From Callorhinchus milii (Eukaryota), in the NCBI RefSeq assembly GCF_018977255.1, contig NW_024704743.1, forward strand, positions 17,610,001 through 17,674,000: 64,000 bases of DNA, written 5' to 3'. The notes beneath the pieces are model-generated. The model searched no databases. It was not told the DNA's origin and was given only the letters and a program-made list of their open reading frames with translations. The translations under genes were made by a program, and so were the position numbers. The stretch's first letter is position 1. Each line of letters begins with the position of its first letter. Of this stretch, positions 12,903-24,815 are shown piece by piece.

Positions 12903-13259
12903 TCATAGAATTTTACAGCACAGAAGGAGGCCATTCGGCCCATTGTGCCTGTGCCAACTCTTTGAAAGAGCTACCAATCAGTCCCACTCCCCCGCTCTTA
13001 CCCCATAGCCCTGCAATATTTTCCTTTGTAAGTACCCCTCCAATTCCATTTAGACAGCTATTATCGAATCAGCTTCCACCAACCTTTCAGGCAGTGCATT
13101 CCAGACCATAACTCTCTGGGTAAAAATAATTCGCCTCATCTCCCCTCTGGTTCTTTTGCCAATTATCTTAAATCTGTGCCCTCTGGTTACTGTCGCACCT
13201 GCCAGAGGAAACAGTTTCTCCCTATCTGCTCTTAACAAAACCCCTCATAATATTGAACA
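12903..13259 (-). mobile_element. CR1 LINE 3' fragment; the host copy resumes at 13673-13748
   Basis: Peptide REKLFPLAGATVTRGHRFKIIGKRTRGEMRRIIFTQRV..WNALPERLVEADSI and tail atcatagaat. Confidence 0.9.
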
Positions 13260-13260
13260 A

Positions 13261-13672
13261 CTCTCCTTGGAGCAGAGCAGGTTAAGAGGAGACTTAATAG
13301 AAGTTTTCAAAATTATGAGGGGATTCGATAGGGTGAACAAGGAGAAATTATTTCCACTGGCAGATGGGTCAGTAACCTGAGGACACTGATTTAAAATAAT
13401 TGTAAAATGAAACAGAGAGAAGATGAGGAGAATTTTTTTCACACAGTGAGTTGTTCGAATCTGGAAATGCATTGTCTAAAAGTGTGGTGGAAACCGATTT
13501 GATAACAACTTTTAACAGAGAAGTAGATAATTATTTGAGGAGGACAGGTTTGCAGGACTATGGGGAGAGGGCGGGGGAATGGGATTGACTTGGGTAGCTC
13601 TTTTCAAAGAGCCGGCATAGACACGATAGGCCAAATGGCCTCCATCTGTGCTGTATAATTCTATGATTCTAT
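13261..13672 (+). mobile_element. CR1 LINE 3' fragment with (ATTCTATG)n tail, inserted antisense into the previous CR1
   Basis: LSLEQSRLRGDLIEVFKIMRGFDRVNKEKLFPL and the tail attctatgattctatg. Confidence 0.9.
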
Positions 13673-16134
13673 GAAATCTCTGTTCTAAGAAGAATAATCC
13701 CATCCTCTCTAGTTTTCCCACATAACCAAAGTCCCTCATCCCTGGTGTCAGAATGAACTTCAATCAATCATATTTAAATAATTTTCAGTCTGATATGATA
13801 AACATTAATAGTGGGAAAATTTATGGGATTCCTTAACCTATTCCTTGTGTTAATGAACCACAGTATTTTAAATTGAATAATGATCTTGACATTTCCAATT
13901 TAGATATAGCTGTCATTACCAAGAGAATTAAAATATGCTTCATCTCTGATGGCAATTTATATGTGCTGACCAAAATCTACTGTAATTAAATTTGATTATT
14001 GTAAATTAGTACAAGTGTTTGCCTTATTGTGGTTCAAAATGAAGAATTACATTTCAAGAGTTTCACAAGCTGGAGGGTGACGGCAAATGAAGTCCTAAGG
14101 AGTAGAAGGAAGACAGACAACTAGTCTAATTAGCCAGAATGTAGTATCAGAATTAGACTATCACAGAACAGGGAACAGGATTATGCAGTTATCAGAGGAT
14201 AACTCTGATCTGATCTACATGGATGGACTGAGAGGATAAAATATTTCACATGATACAGTGGTTCCTTCCAACAGTGGACTGCAGTGTCTGTTGTTTATGG
14301 AGGATAGCAGGCTAAAAGCTGAACAGTTGGAGATATGGGGAAGAGCATATTATCCAGTTTTGTTTGATTATCTGTAGGATCATGGAATACTTAAGCAGAT
14401 CTTTCCATTAGAAGACTTGTAAGTGGTGATTAATCACATAATACTGATTATGTCAATGATGGCATAAATTATTCTTTGTCTATGGAAAGGCCAGACTTGA
14501 TGGATCAAATGTTCATTTCTGATACTGTGCTTATTTTTTAATTCATAACCCCCTCCTTCAATTAGTGCTTTGGAAATAGGAAGCATATATTGTAGGCATG
14601 CATTATTGTCATATATGATGGAGGATCACATGTAATCTAGTTTTGAACTAAGAAATAAAATAAACAAATAAATGCCCCACATATTATTATGCTATTTTAT
14701 CACATAACTACGTTCAGTTACTGAGCTATACTGTTTACATTTAGTAAAACATCAACTACCACTCTTATTTTAGATAACCAAGCTAATTAGGGCTGAACCC
14801 TGCAGTTATCCATTTCTCTGCAATATCCATTAATAAATATGCTTATGGTGGCTAACAGCAGCGGAACAAATAGGGGTATCATAATATTTCTCCAGTAGTT
14901 TGTGGAAAAGACTTTCACCAACAACAAAAGTTCAGCAAGAGAAATCTCAGCCTCATGTAAATTTCCTGTGTCCCACATTTAAAATTGTTAAAATAATGCC
15001 TATTTGTAAATGTTGTTTTCAGTTGGTTATTGATGGTCACCCCTCAAAGTTGCAAGTGACCAATAAACAAAAAGATTTGAGTGTTGTAAAGCAGATTATT
15101 TTTAGTACAATTCCAGAGAGTAGTTTCTCCCAGTAGGTTTTCACTATAATCCTAATGAATAGTTGATTGTGAATCCAGTTTTATCCCATCTACTTTTAAC
15201 ATTTTACTAATTGACCAGTTATCCTATCAATAGCAGTGGGGTTGTAACTAAAACTAGAAAGGCTACTTTGGGTCAACAGCATCCGCAGAATACCATTTGT
15301 TAAAAGTGTCTGCTATCCTCAATATGTACACGTGTTTCATGATGCATAAAAAATTAAAAATCACTTAGTGTAAATAATTAAAGAGCATCTATTTTTCTAC
15401 AAATAGACTGGCTAAAGAACAGACAGTTTTTCACCAAAAAGCATTGCAACAAGATCAGGCCCGTGTTACAGGCAGCAAATCTATAGGGGAGGTGAGCTCT
15501 GCCTAGAAGTCTCTTTATTTATTTGTTCAGCTCTTGACTGCTTTCAGCTAACACACATCATTACTGCGAACCAAGAAAATGCTTTGTGGTAAAAGATACT
15601 GTAAGCTGCACATCTTTCTGCAACTGCATTGGTTCAGCCAGCCTGGCACCCATGCTGGTAAAGTATACATTTTGTGAAAGGTGTGAAAATACAGATGTTA
15701 AGCCAAAATCAATGTGCGGTCACCGACAAGAAATCGACAAGGTTTAAGTATTTACACTAAATAATGTTCACACTCTTGCCTCTGAGTCAGAAGGTTGTGG
15801 GTTCCAGTCGAACTTTGATGTAACAGTGTTTTAGTTGGGGCTGTAGCCAATTTGCATTTTGCCTGATGCCCAGGCACTGTTTGTTTATTTGAGTTGCGTT
15901 GGTCCTAAATAGTGTGGATAATCAGCTCTCTATTATAGAGGCCACTACAGTTATTGTAGTGCTGTGGCAAAGGTAAGGAACTGGAGAGATTTGTAGGCAT
16001 ACATGCGGGAAAAAGAATAGAGGGATATGAAGGGAGAGTTGGGGGATTGGAATGGTGGAGGATAAATCCACCGTTCTATCGCATAGACAAATTAAACCTG
16101 TTTCAGTGCTGTGGATTCTATGTCTGAATTAGGA

Positions 16135-16480
16135 TGTCTTGAATATCCAGTGTCAGAAACAGATCAAGATCATCATGGTCTGAAGCTTTTTCTAGTCTTC
16201 CTTCAACAGTGCTTTTAAGCACAGTGGGCCATCTTCACACCTGCTTTGCTGTGGCTGGTCTAAATGAGATTACCAATTCTGTGCTAGATTAAGGGAAATT
16301 GGTGCTATATGCCCACGTCTACTGGGAGCTGGGTTGATATTGCCCAGTCAAGTATCACATAGGACCTTTACAGGCAAAAGACAAGAGGAGATTTTCATTT
16401 CATCACTCTAGACTGAATTTGAACCCAAGTCTCAGAAGGAAAAGACTAGTGCGCTAACCCATTGTGCCACCTGGTCCCTG
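16135..16480 (-). mobile_element. Old tRNA-headed SINE, possibly LF-SINE-related
   Basis: Minus strand reads GGGACCAGGTGGCACAATGGGTTAGCGC..GGGTTCAAATTCAG (A and B boxes), then CCAGCTCCCAGTAGAC..AATTGG, reminiscent of the recalled LF-SINE body. The 3' boundary is uncertain. Confidence 0.5.
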
Positions 16481-17277
16481 TGTGAAAATGATTTTATTAG
16501 AATTAAAAATTATAAATGCAAAATGGTCTACAAGGAGAAGCATTCTATTGGTTTCTTATATGCAGCTGTTTGATTTCCATTCACATTGGCTGCTTTGTTC
16601 TGGAAAAAGTGCCATTGATTGCTAACCTAGTAAATTTTGTTTCAATCGCGATGTTTAAAAAAAGACCTAAATGTTAGAAATCTGAAACATAAAAAGAGAA
16701 AATATTTCAAATGTACAGCAAATCTGATGAAGGGATCCAAATGTGCCGAGGAAGGATCATTTCCTACATTTAAATCTATCTTTCTCATTCAAATGCTGAC
16801 TGAACCTTGTGCATTTCCAAAATGTACAAAATTCCTTTTGTTTATGTTCCCTGATCAGTTAGAAAAAAAGACTGGTGTGTGTGTGTCAGGGAAGGGGCCA
16901 TTCTGTGTCAAGATAACCAGTCCTTTTTTTATCATTAAATTAAGGGGAATATTACAAACTTTGTATTTTAGCTTTATAAAGAGTTGTCTTTAATCCACTA
17001 TTTACAAACAGATTAATTTATTCTTGCGATATTTTCTCCACATGGTTTCACTCTTTATAGCCTGAGTGGTTTCAAGGTAATTTGTTGCATGAGCAGATCT
17101 CTGCAAAATCATAATCATTGTGTTTTAGCTTTGGAAGCTTCAATTCACATTAATTTCTGCCATTTTCAAATTAAAGTTTTGTAGGTCAGTGGAATCCCTT
17201 TATTTCTAACAGGAACCAGAAGCTTCAGTAGCGAGATTTTGGGCATGCATCAAGTGACCTGTTCTCAGTTCAATTCA

Positions 17278-17692
17278 ATGCCTGGCTCAATTACTAGCAC
17301 TCTCACGTCTGGGTTACAAGATTACTGGGCTCAAACACTACATTGGTACTTTGAGCTCAAAGTCTAGGTTACCAATTCAGTGTAGTGCTGGGGGAAGTGT
17401 TTCATTGTTAAAAGTGCCATCTTTCGGATTAGATGTTATACTGAGGTTGTATCTGCCTATTCAGGTGTATCTTAAAGATCCCATGACACTATTCGAAAGA
17501 GAAGGGAATTTCTCCTGTTGTCTTGGATAACAAGTTTCCCCGATTCATTCACTTCTGCTGACAGCGGGGCACTCTGCATGCATATTGGCTGCTTTTGTCA
17601 CCTACAAATATAGGCATTTTACAGAAATTGCCCATGAAGAGCTTTGAGACTTCTTTATGTTATAAGTTATATTAAATGCAAGGATTATTATT
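17278..17692 (+). mobile_element. Deu-domain SINE (family D), full length but decayed
   Basis: GCCTGGCTCA head, GTGCCATCTTTCGGAT..AAAGATCCCATGACACTATTCGAAAGAG core and AAATGCAAGGATTATTATTA tail. Confidence 0.85.
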
Positions 17693-19547
17693 ACAGTATA
17701 ATGCAAATAAACAAAATGTTATTTTTTTACAAATGACGGCGATAAAATATCACCCTAGTTTGGGTGCCCAAAATATATTGATTACTATGATTGGGATAAT
17801 TGTGGGTATCATGTTCATGTTTTAAACCATGACTTATCTAGTGCAGTAACCATGGTCATTCTAAGAATAAATCAACAAGAACAACAATGAAAGTAACTTT
17901 AGGATTCTTACTTGTACAATTTATTCACCCCACCATCGGTAGCCAGGCTTTCAGCCATTCTGCCCCTTCTGTCTGAAACTTTATCCTGGAGTCCCTTTGA
18001 CTCTCACACTATCCTCTTTCAAGACATGCCTCAGAAACATAGCCCTTTGACTGTGCTTTTGGTCAACTTTCCCCTTCCCACCCACCTTGATTCCCACACC
18101 TAGTTTGGGTGCCCATCCAGGACTGTGAATGTGCTTTGGGACGTCCTCCCAATGTGAAAGCCACTATGTAAATTGTGTTGTATTGTTCAGAGAGAGCAAT
18201 GTATAACTTTGAAATACGTTTGCTTCATATTGATTGATGAATACTTTGAAAGGTAACAATAGGGTGATATCAACTAGGTAAGTGGAAGGACAATGAGTAA
18301 AATCCCCGTACTTTATTATTTAAGTCATTTTGCCAGAAATATCTGTAGAATAATAATGACATATACTGTCTTGTTGACTATCTCCCTCTCTTTATTTATA
18401 ACAATTCTGTGCCAAATACATAAATTAATGAGATTACCAGATTGTGCAAAATCTTCGTCAAGGCTGTTGTACATTTAAATCATTGATGATATTTGTGACT
18501 CTTCATTTTCTTTGTGTATCTGGGTTAGACATTGTTTTCAGCATGCTGTGCAAACTGACTTGCGGAGTGGGAAAAGATAGTTCATTAGCCCGGACATGCT
18601 TACCCTAGAAAGCTAAATTTGGAATTAAAAATAATTTGTACTGCTTAGATTTTATGTCAAGATTAGTTACGTGCAATACCCACCTATTCTGGAATGGAGT
18701 AAAGCAGGATAGAGAATAGAGAAAAAAACGAGCCCATTCAATCAAGGAGTGAGGGATGAACAAAAAGAAGGAATAAAAAAAATTGGTCATGTAATCCATG
18801 ACAATTTGTGTTCACTTGGCTGCTGCATTTCGTTCACAAAATACACAGTCAATCCACTTTACAATATATTCTGTGAAGCTCTTCGAGATGTCTCAACAAC
18901 GTGATATGACGCTATATCAAATGCAAGGATTATTATTATTTTTAATAAAATCTTAGAGCAACGATAGAGCAAAGAAGCTAGGACTGAAATGAGAAGAGAA
19001 GCAAACAGAGATAAGGAATGAAACAGAAGAGAATCAAACAGAAATGAAAACGCAGAGAAAGAGAGAAATTGGGCAAAAATCCCATTATAATTTGAGATCA
19101 ATATTTTCATGTTTGTAGAAAAACAAGAGGATGAGCAGTTAAAAGAACTTATAGTTAAAATTAAGAATTGTTTTTAAGAACTTGCCAAATTCTGCATTCT
19201 CAGAAATACTAAGAAAATAGAGTAAATCTAGACTCAGGTGAAATTTTTTCCTTATAGAATTTGAATTCCCCTGTCTCTCGCATATTGATTGCATCCTTTT
19301 ACCTTTTTAAAAAAGAGATTAATGCCATCATGGTATTGGGATGCGGCCTAGCATTTGTATATTTAGCGCTGGAGGCAGCATTTGAGTGCTGCGTTACACA
19401 ATATTGACTGAATTAAGTCTGCATCCTGTTTTTAGTTGCAATAAATGTCGATCTTTGCAATCAGGAGCGGCGTCAGAGTAGACAAATGCCCTAGCACAAC
19501 CATCATTCTGCCAAAGTCATAGGGGAAGTCCTGCTTCAATTATGGAG

Positions 19548-20170
19548 TTTTTTTTGGGTGTCTGACACATGCGGAAATCCATCACCATGCTTAAGAGTAT
19601 CAGTATCCAGATCAAACTGAGATTTCCATGCATCCCACCTACACATGGAAATTCCAGAGATAGATTGTTGGAATGGAGTACGCACTCTCTCCCTGGAGGG
19701 TTGCATCATGTTTATCCAATTCCAGAAGGTATTAGGCACAGGTTGGCAAGAGCCAAGGCTTGGGGAGTCCAGAGTGTGTGTTAGACTACTGCTGGAGTCT
19801 AACCAGCTAAAATCGCATAGCTTGTCATTGATATTACTGTCCGGCAACCTTTCCTGCTGCTTGTCCAGCTAGGACCAGCCTATCCATTAGACCTTTGGCT
19901 TGCAGGGTTAGCAGGAGCTAAATGGGAATGACTCCCTGCCCTCAGTGACTGGTATGCCCTTCCAGGTCCTGCCGATGTGCCAGGTGTTGTCATCAGCAGT
20001 GCCCTGGGATATTGCCAACCCGCCCGCTCAGGAACCGGACTGCGGAGACCACCTCAGAGGGCTGGCCCAATTCGTTGCCAGGCATGTCACCTTGGATCCA
20101 GTTTAGCTCCAAGGAGACCGCACTTACTCCCCACCTTCCCTCCACGTCCCCCCCCCTCCACCCGATGATA
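19548..20170 (-). mobile_element. Unclassified A-tailed retroposon family X, most complete copy, with a 10-bp target-site duplication
   Basis: AATTATGGAG at 19538-19547 and at 20171-20180. T8 at 19548-19555 is the A tail on the minus strand. The body is colinear with 60540-61117, 59169-59727 and 24562-24815. Confidence 0.85.
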
Positions 20171-21032
20171 AATTATGGAGGCCGGCGTCATACTTTAATG
20201 GGGGGGACTGTAGAGTTGCTATTCTGGAAGAATGAGATTAAATGTACCAAAGGGCATTCCTCAGCTGAAACTCTTCAGAAGATCACAAGATTGGTTTTAG
20301 AGCCCCCTTCATCCCATTTAGTCTTTTCCTTCCAGAGTACCCTAATCTATTGTCTTCCTAGCACATCATCAATCCATTTCTCAAATATTTCACCTGGAAT
20401 TATTATTTTGGATTTACTTTTCCAAGTAAATTTGATATCTCCTTTCAGGAATGCAGAACTCAAGCTTATCTAATTGTTAATCGTAGCTTATTTCTTTAAC
20501 ATTGGGGATCATCCTCCTTGCTTGCCTCTATATTATTATTGTTATTATTATCTTTGCTGATAAATTTGTCAGGATGAGTTCAATGTGCTTTAAGTGATGA
20601 ACCAACCAGATTTTTACTGACATCTCCCTTTCCCTGAACCTGCAGTGGCATTAAAGCAGTAGATAAAGTGACCAACTCTACTACATGCATTGCTGTACGA
20701 ATGGAAGAATGTTATCGAATACAGTATCCCCAAATCACATGATTTAATATGTTTATTCTGGTGGTTCAGGTGATTTGGAAATGTAACTTGGAGCAGCTTA
20801 GCGTTTAAGTTGTTAGCGATGGACAAATAATAGATCTCGAATATAGGGGCCAGCAACAAGATGCTGTGAAATTACCTTACGCATTATGCCTTTAATAACT
20901 GGAACATCTGAGGAAAAAACATTCTCTAAATACTCACATATGCATTTAATGACTTCAGGGAAATATACAGAGATTGTCTTCAATCAAGGCTATGAGATGG
21001 TTCAGGCCAAGCTTGTGCTATTCATGTAGAAC

Positions 21033-21331
21033 GTGGAATCCTGTAGCTCAGTGGTTAGAGCACTCGCCTCGCAAGCGAGAGACCTAGGTTCGATTCCCGG
21101 CAGGGTGAAACTTGGGCAAGTTTCCTTACTCCACATGTCTGATAATAATCCCTCAAGAAAAAAAACAATAATAAATTGGTCACTTCAATCTACAACTGCT
21201 GTGCGCAATTGGCTGCTGTGTTTTTCCCACAAATATACAGTCAATTCACTTTACAATATATTCTGTGAAGCGCTTTGAGATGTCTAGAAGACGTGAAAAG
21301 CACTATATCAAATGCAAGGATTATTATTATT
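21033..21331 (+). mobile_element. SINE family A, short subfamily lacking most of the central domain; near-intact tRNA-like head at 21037-21108
   Basis: A box TAGCTCAGTGG and B box GGTTCGATTCC. The sequence jumps from CTTACTCCACATG to GATAATAATCCCTC and ends in a (TTA)n tail. Confidence 0.92.
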
Positions 21332-23097
21332 AATATTCAAGCTCTTCAAAGAGAGATGGGAAATTCCAGGGCAGAATGGGTAGTAACCCACTTATTCTAG
21401 ATGACACTCAGGAAAAAAAAGAAAAGTAACTGCAATCACCTTGATACCGAAATAAGCACCTTTGTTTTCCAACACAGAATTATTAATGTTTTATTGAACT
21501 GTCACAAAAGAAGTCGATAGAAAGTATCATTGAGATGCTTAAAGCCATCTGCCCATTAGTGCCTGGAGAATCTGCAGGCCAGTGTATTCCAGTTAACATT
21601 GAGATAAATGGCTGGAAGAACTGTGCTGATATCCTGAAGATGTTAAAATTTAAGGTTCACTTCTAGTATCATACAGAATATTTAGTAATACTCTGGCACT
21701 TTTTGATAGGAACCCAGGAGCTATTCCAGGGCTTTACTTATTCTATGAGGGCCAGGGGTCTTTAGCCTGTGGAATATTTATTTTGCCCACAAAATATACA
21801 GTCAATTCACTTTACAGTATATTCTGTGAAGCGCTTTGAGACGTCTCGAAGATGTGATAAGGTGCTATTTCAAATGCAAGGATTATTATTAATATTATTC
21901 GTCGGTAGGCTTTAACCGTTTTTAATTATCAAGTTCATATGGAGAACTGGATTGCACTTCCACTTCAAAGCATATTTTGTGAAGCGCTTTGAGACGTCCT
22001 CTCGACGTGAAAGAAGCTACATCAAATATAACGATTATTATTATGGTTCAATCCCTCCATCTTGCCTCCTCCTTCAGATTACACCAGAAAACCTTTCTCT
22101 TTGACTATGCCTATGGTCACCTCCACCCCTCCCCAGCTCAGTGTCCAGCTCCACCACTATTAAGCAGTCTGAGACGCTACCCCACATGAACGCCGCTATA
22201 TAAATGCAAGTTGTTATTGTATTATTATAATATATAAAACAATAACAGGTTGTACACCAAATGTGTATGTTTGCAATCAATGCATCCCACTTCAAAATTA
22301 AATGTCTAAGATCCTTAATCCGATGTTCAGATCTCCTTATGATTTGCCCTTCCTTGCCAATGCAATCTCCTCAAACCTTTTTCTCCTACTTGTACTCTCT
22401 GCTCGTCTAATTTTGGTCTATTGTTTGTTCCTCATTCACTCTGTCCTTCCATTTGTGCTACCCTTTTAGTCACAACTCCCCTGCCTTCTTGAATTCCTTT
22501 CTGAGACTTCTTTGCCTCATTTTCTCTTGGCTTTCAAAACCCTCCTAAAAATACCTTTGACTGTTCCTTTAGTCAGTAATCATTTATCCTTGCTTAATGT
22601 GCTCCAGTATATATTTTTAAGTGTATCAAGGCATTCATTCTCTCTGGAATTCCATCCCAGAGTCCCTCGGACTTGCTCCCTTCCTGTTTTTAAGGCGCGT
22701 CTTAAAACATACATCTTTAACTGTGGTTTCAGGCATCTTTCCCTTTCCCAACCTCCTCAGCTTGGATGCCTATCCAGCACTGTGATGCGCTTTGAGACAT
22801 CCTCCCAAAATGAAAGACGCTATATAAATGTAAATTGTATAGTATTGTTTTCTCCAAAGTTGGTTTCTCCATTAGTTACTAACTGTTGATTAACATGTTA
22901 GGGAGGAGTGGGTCTTCCATTGGCTTCTTAGACATTTCATTCCAGAAATAATAATATTGGCTTCCCAAAATTACCCAATTCAAGCTTTACCATATTCAAA
23001 AGCGTTTTACAGTAAATTACCATACTGTGTTTACTCAAACCTAAGGCTCAGTTTTTTTTCATTAGAGTACCTCAAGATCCGAGGGTTGTTTTAATCC

Positions 23098-23398
23098 TAA
23101 TCCTTGCATTTGATATAGTGCTTTGCATGTTGGGAGGACGTCCCAAAGCGCCTCACAGAACACACTGTAAAGTGAATTGACTGTATATTTGTGGGCGAAC
23201 GTGGCAGCCAATTGCGCACAGCAATGTCCCACAAACAATTGTGACCAATTTATTATTTTTTGGGGGGGTTTTGGAGGGATTATTATTAGGCGCGTGGAGT
23301 AAGGAAACTTGCCCGAGGTTTCGCCCTCTGCCTGGAATTGAACTCAGGTCTCTCGCTTGCAAAGCGAGTGCTCTAACCACTGAGCTACAGGACTCCAC
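23098..23398 (-). mobile_element. SINE family A short subfamily with an L2A-type tail loop
   Basis: Nearly identical to 39963-40274. The tail contains GGGAGGACGTCCCAAAGCGC. Confidence 0.92.
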
Positions 23399-23764
23399 AA
23401 TAAACAATTTTAATAAAAACACAAATTATATTCATACTTGCATTTGATCTAGAACTGTATCACGTCATCGAGACGTCTCAAAGCGCTTCACAGAATATAC
23501 TGTAAAGTAAATTGATTATATATTTTGTGGGCAATATGTGGCAGCCAGTTGCATATAGCCATGTCCCACAAACAGTCGTGGATTGCGTGACCAAATTCTT
23601 ATTTTTTAAAACGTATTTATTTTTAGAATCAATGGCAGCCTAGAAATGCAGTATAATCCTTTTGTATCCCCAAACTCTCGAGTATCTCTGCGTCTTGGAT
23701 TGGGGGCACCTTAGATTCAAGTTAATTTGTTAAGTTTTTTTTTGTAGGCAAATGCAGTAATTTA

Positions 23765-24530
23765 GGTGTCAGCCTGAATCAGTTGATAGCGCTTTTGCCT
23801 GTGGGTCAAAAGGTTGTGGGTTCAGGCCCCGCATTGGGACTTTGCACACTTGGTCTAGGCTGACACCCACTACAGTGCTAGGGTGTGCTGTATTAGTGGA
23901 GATGTCATCCTTTGATGAAATGTTATACAGAGATCCAGGTGCCTTTTCAGGTGGACATTAAAGATCCCACGACACCTTTCGAAAAGAGAAGGGAGTTTCT
24001 CCTCGAATTCAAGATCCTCATCCTCACCTACAAGGCCATTCACAGCCTTGCTCCCTCCTACCTCTCTGACCTACTATCCCCCTACCTACCTGCCCGTACC
24101 CTCCGTTCCTCTGGCTCCGGTCTGCTCCACATCCCCCGCCCCAACCGCCCTACCATTGGTGGCCGGGCTTTCAGCCTCTCAGCCCCGAGGCTCTGGAACT
24201 CCATCCCCCAGTGCCTTCGCCGCCTCCTCCCTTTCCTCCTTCAAGGCCGGTCTCAAGACCTTTCTCTTTGACCGTGCCTTCAGCTCACCTCTTGACTCTC
24301 TACCCGCTCCTCGCTCCCTCCCTTCCCTCCCCTCACCCTGACCATTTCCCCCCTGCTCGGGTCCTGACCCAACTGTACAGCGCCTTGGGACGTCCTCCCG
24401 ATGTGAAAGGCGCTCTATAAATGCAATCTTGTTGTTGTTGTTGTTGTCTTGGCCAAGAATCCCACAAATAAAATTGTTCATTCACTTCATGGCTGTTTGT
24501 GAGGCATTGCTGTGCAAATTAGCTGCCGAT
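23765..24530 (+). mobile_element. Deu-domain SINE interrupted by a young L2 insertion
   Basis: The head and Deu core run to GAGAAGGGAGTTTCTCC (24002). The SINE resumes at CTTGGCCAAGAATC (24448). Confidence 0.85.
24003..24447 (+). mobile_element. Young L2 (tail type A) 3' fragment
   Basis: EFKILILTYKAIHSLAPSYLSDLLSPYLPARTLRSSGSGLL..GGRAFSLSAPRLWNSIP. Stem-loop GCGCCTTGGGACGTCCTCCCGATGTGAAAGGCGC followed by (TTG)n. Confidence 0.95.
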
Positions 24531-24561
24531 TAAAAGTGCACAGCTTCCCATTGAAAACACT

Positions 24562-24815
24562 ACTCCTTGTCCAGCAAGGACCACTCTGCCCATGAGGGCT
24601 ATGGCTTCCAGGTTAACAGGAGCTGAGCGGGGAGAATTCCTGCCCTCAATTCCCCTTCAAGTCCTGGCAATCAGTCAGGATGGCTGGTCCTGGAATATTG
24701 TAATCCTGCTTGCCTGGCTCAGGAACCAGACTACAAGACCATGAAATAAGATTGACTTGATTCCATAATTCCGTTGCTAAGCATGTCACATTGGAGCCAG
24801 TTCAGCTCCCAAGAC
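24562..24815 (-). mobile_element. Family X, 5' half
   Basis: GGTTAACAGGAGCTGA, GGCTCAGGAACCAGACT and CATGTCACATTGGAGCCAGTTCAGCTCC are shared with the other copies. Confidence 0.75.

Noticed and set aside
19548..20170. Family X as telomerase RNA, 7SK or a hammerhead-bearing retrozyme
   Set aside because: CTAACCCT lies mid-element and is not conserved between copies, and there is no pseudoknot or H/ACA order. It lacks the 7SK 5' motif, and the CTGATGA on the minus strand has no properly placed GAAA.
21037..21108. Bona fide tRNA-Ala gene
   Set aside because: It continues directly into a SINE body and tail, has no oligo-T terminator, has acceptor-stem mismatches and occurs as many diverged copies.
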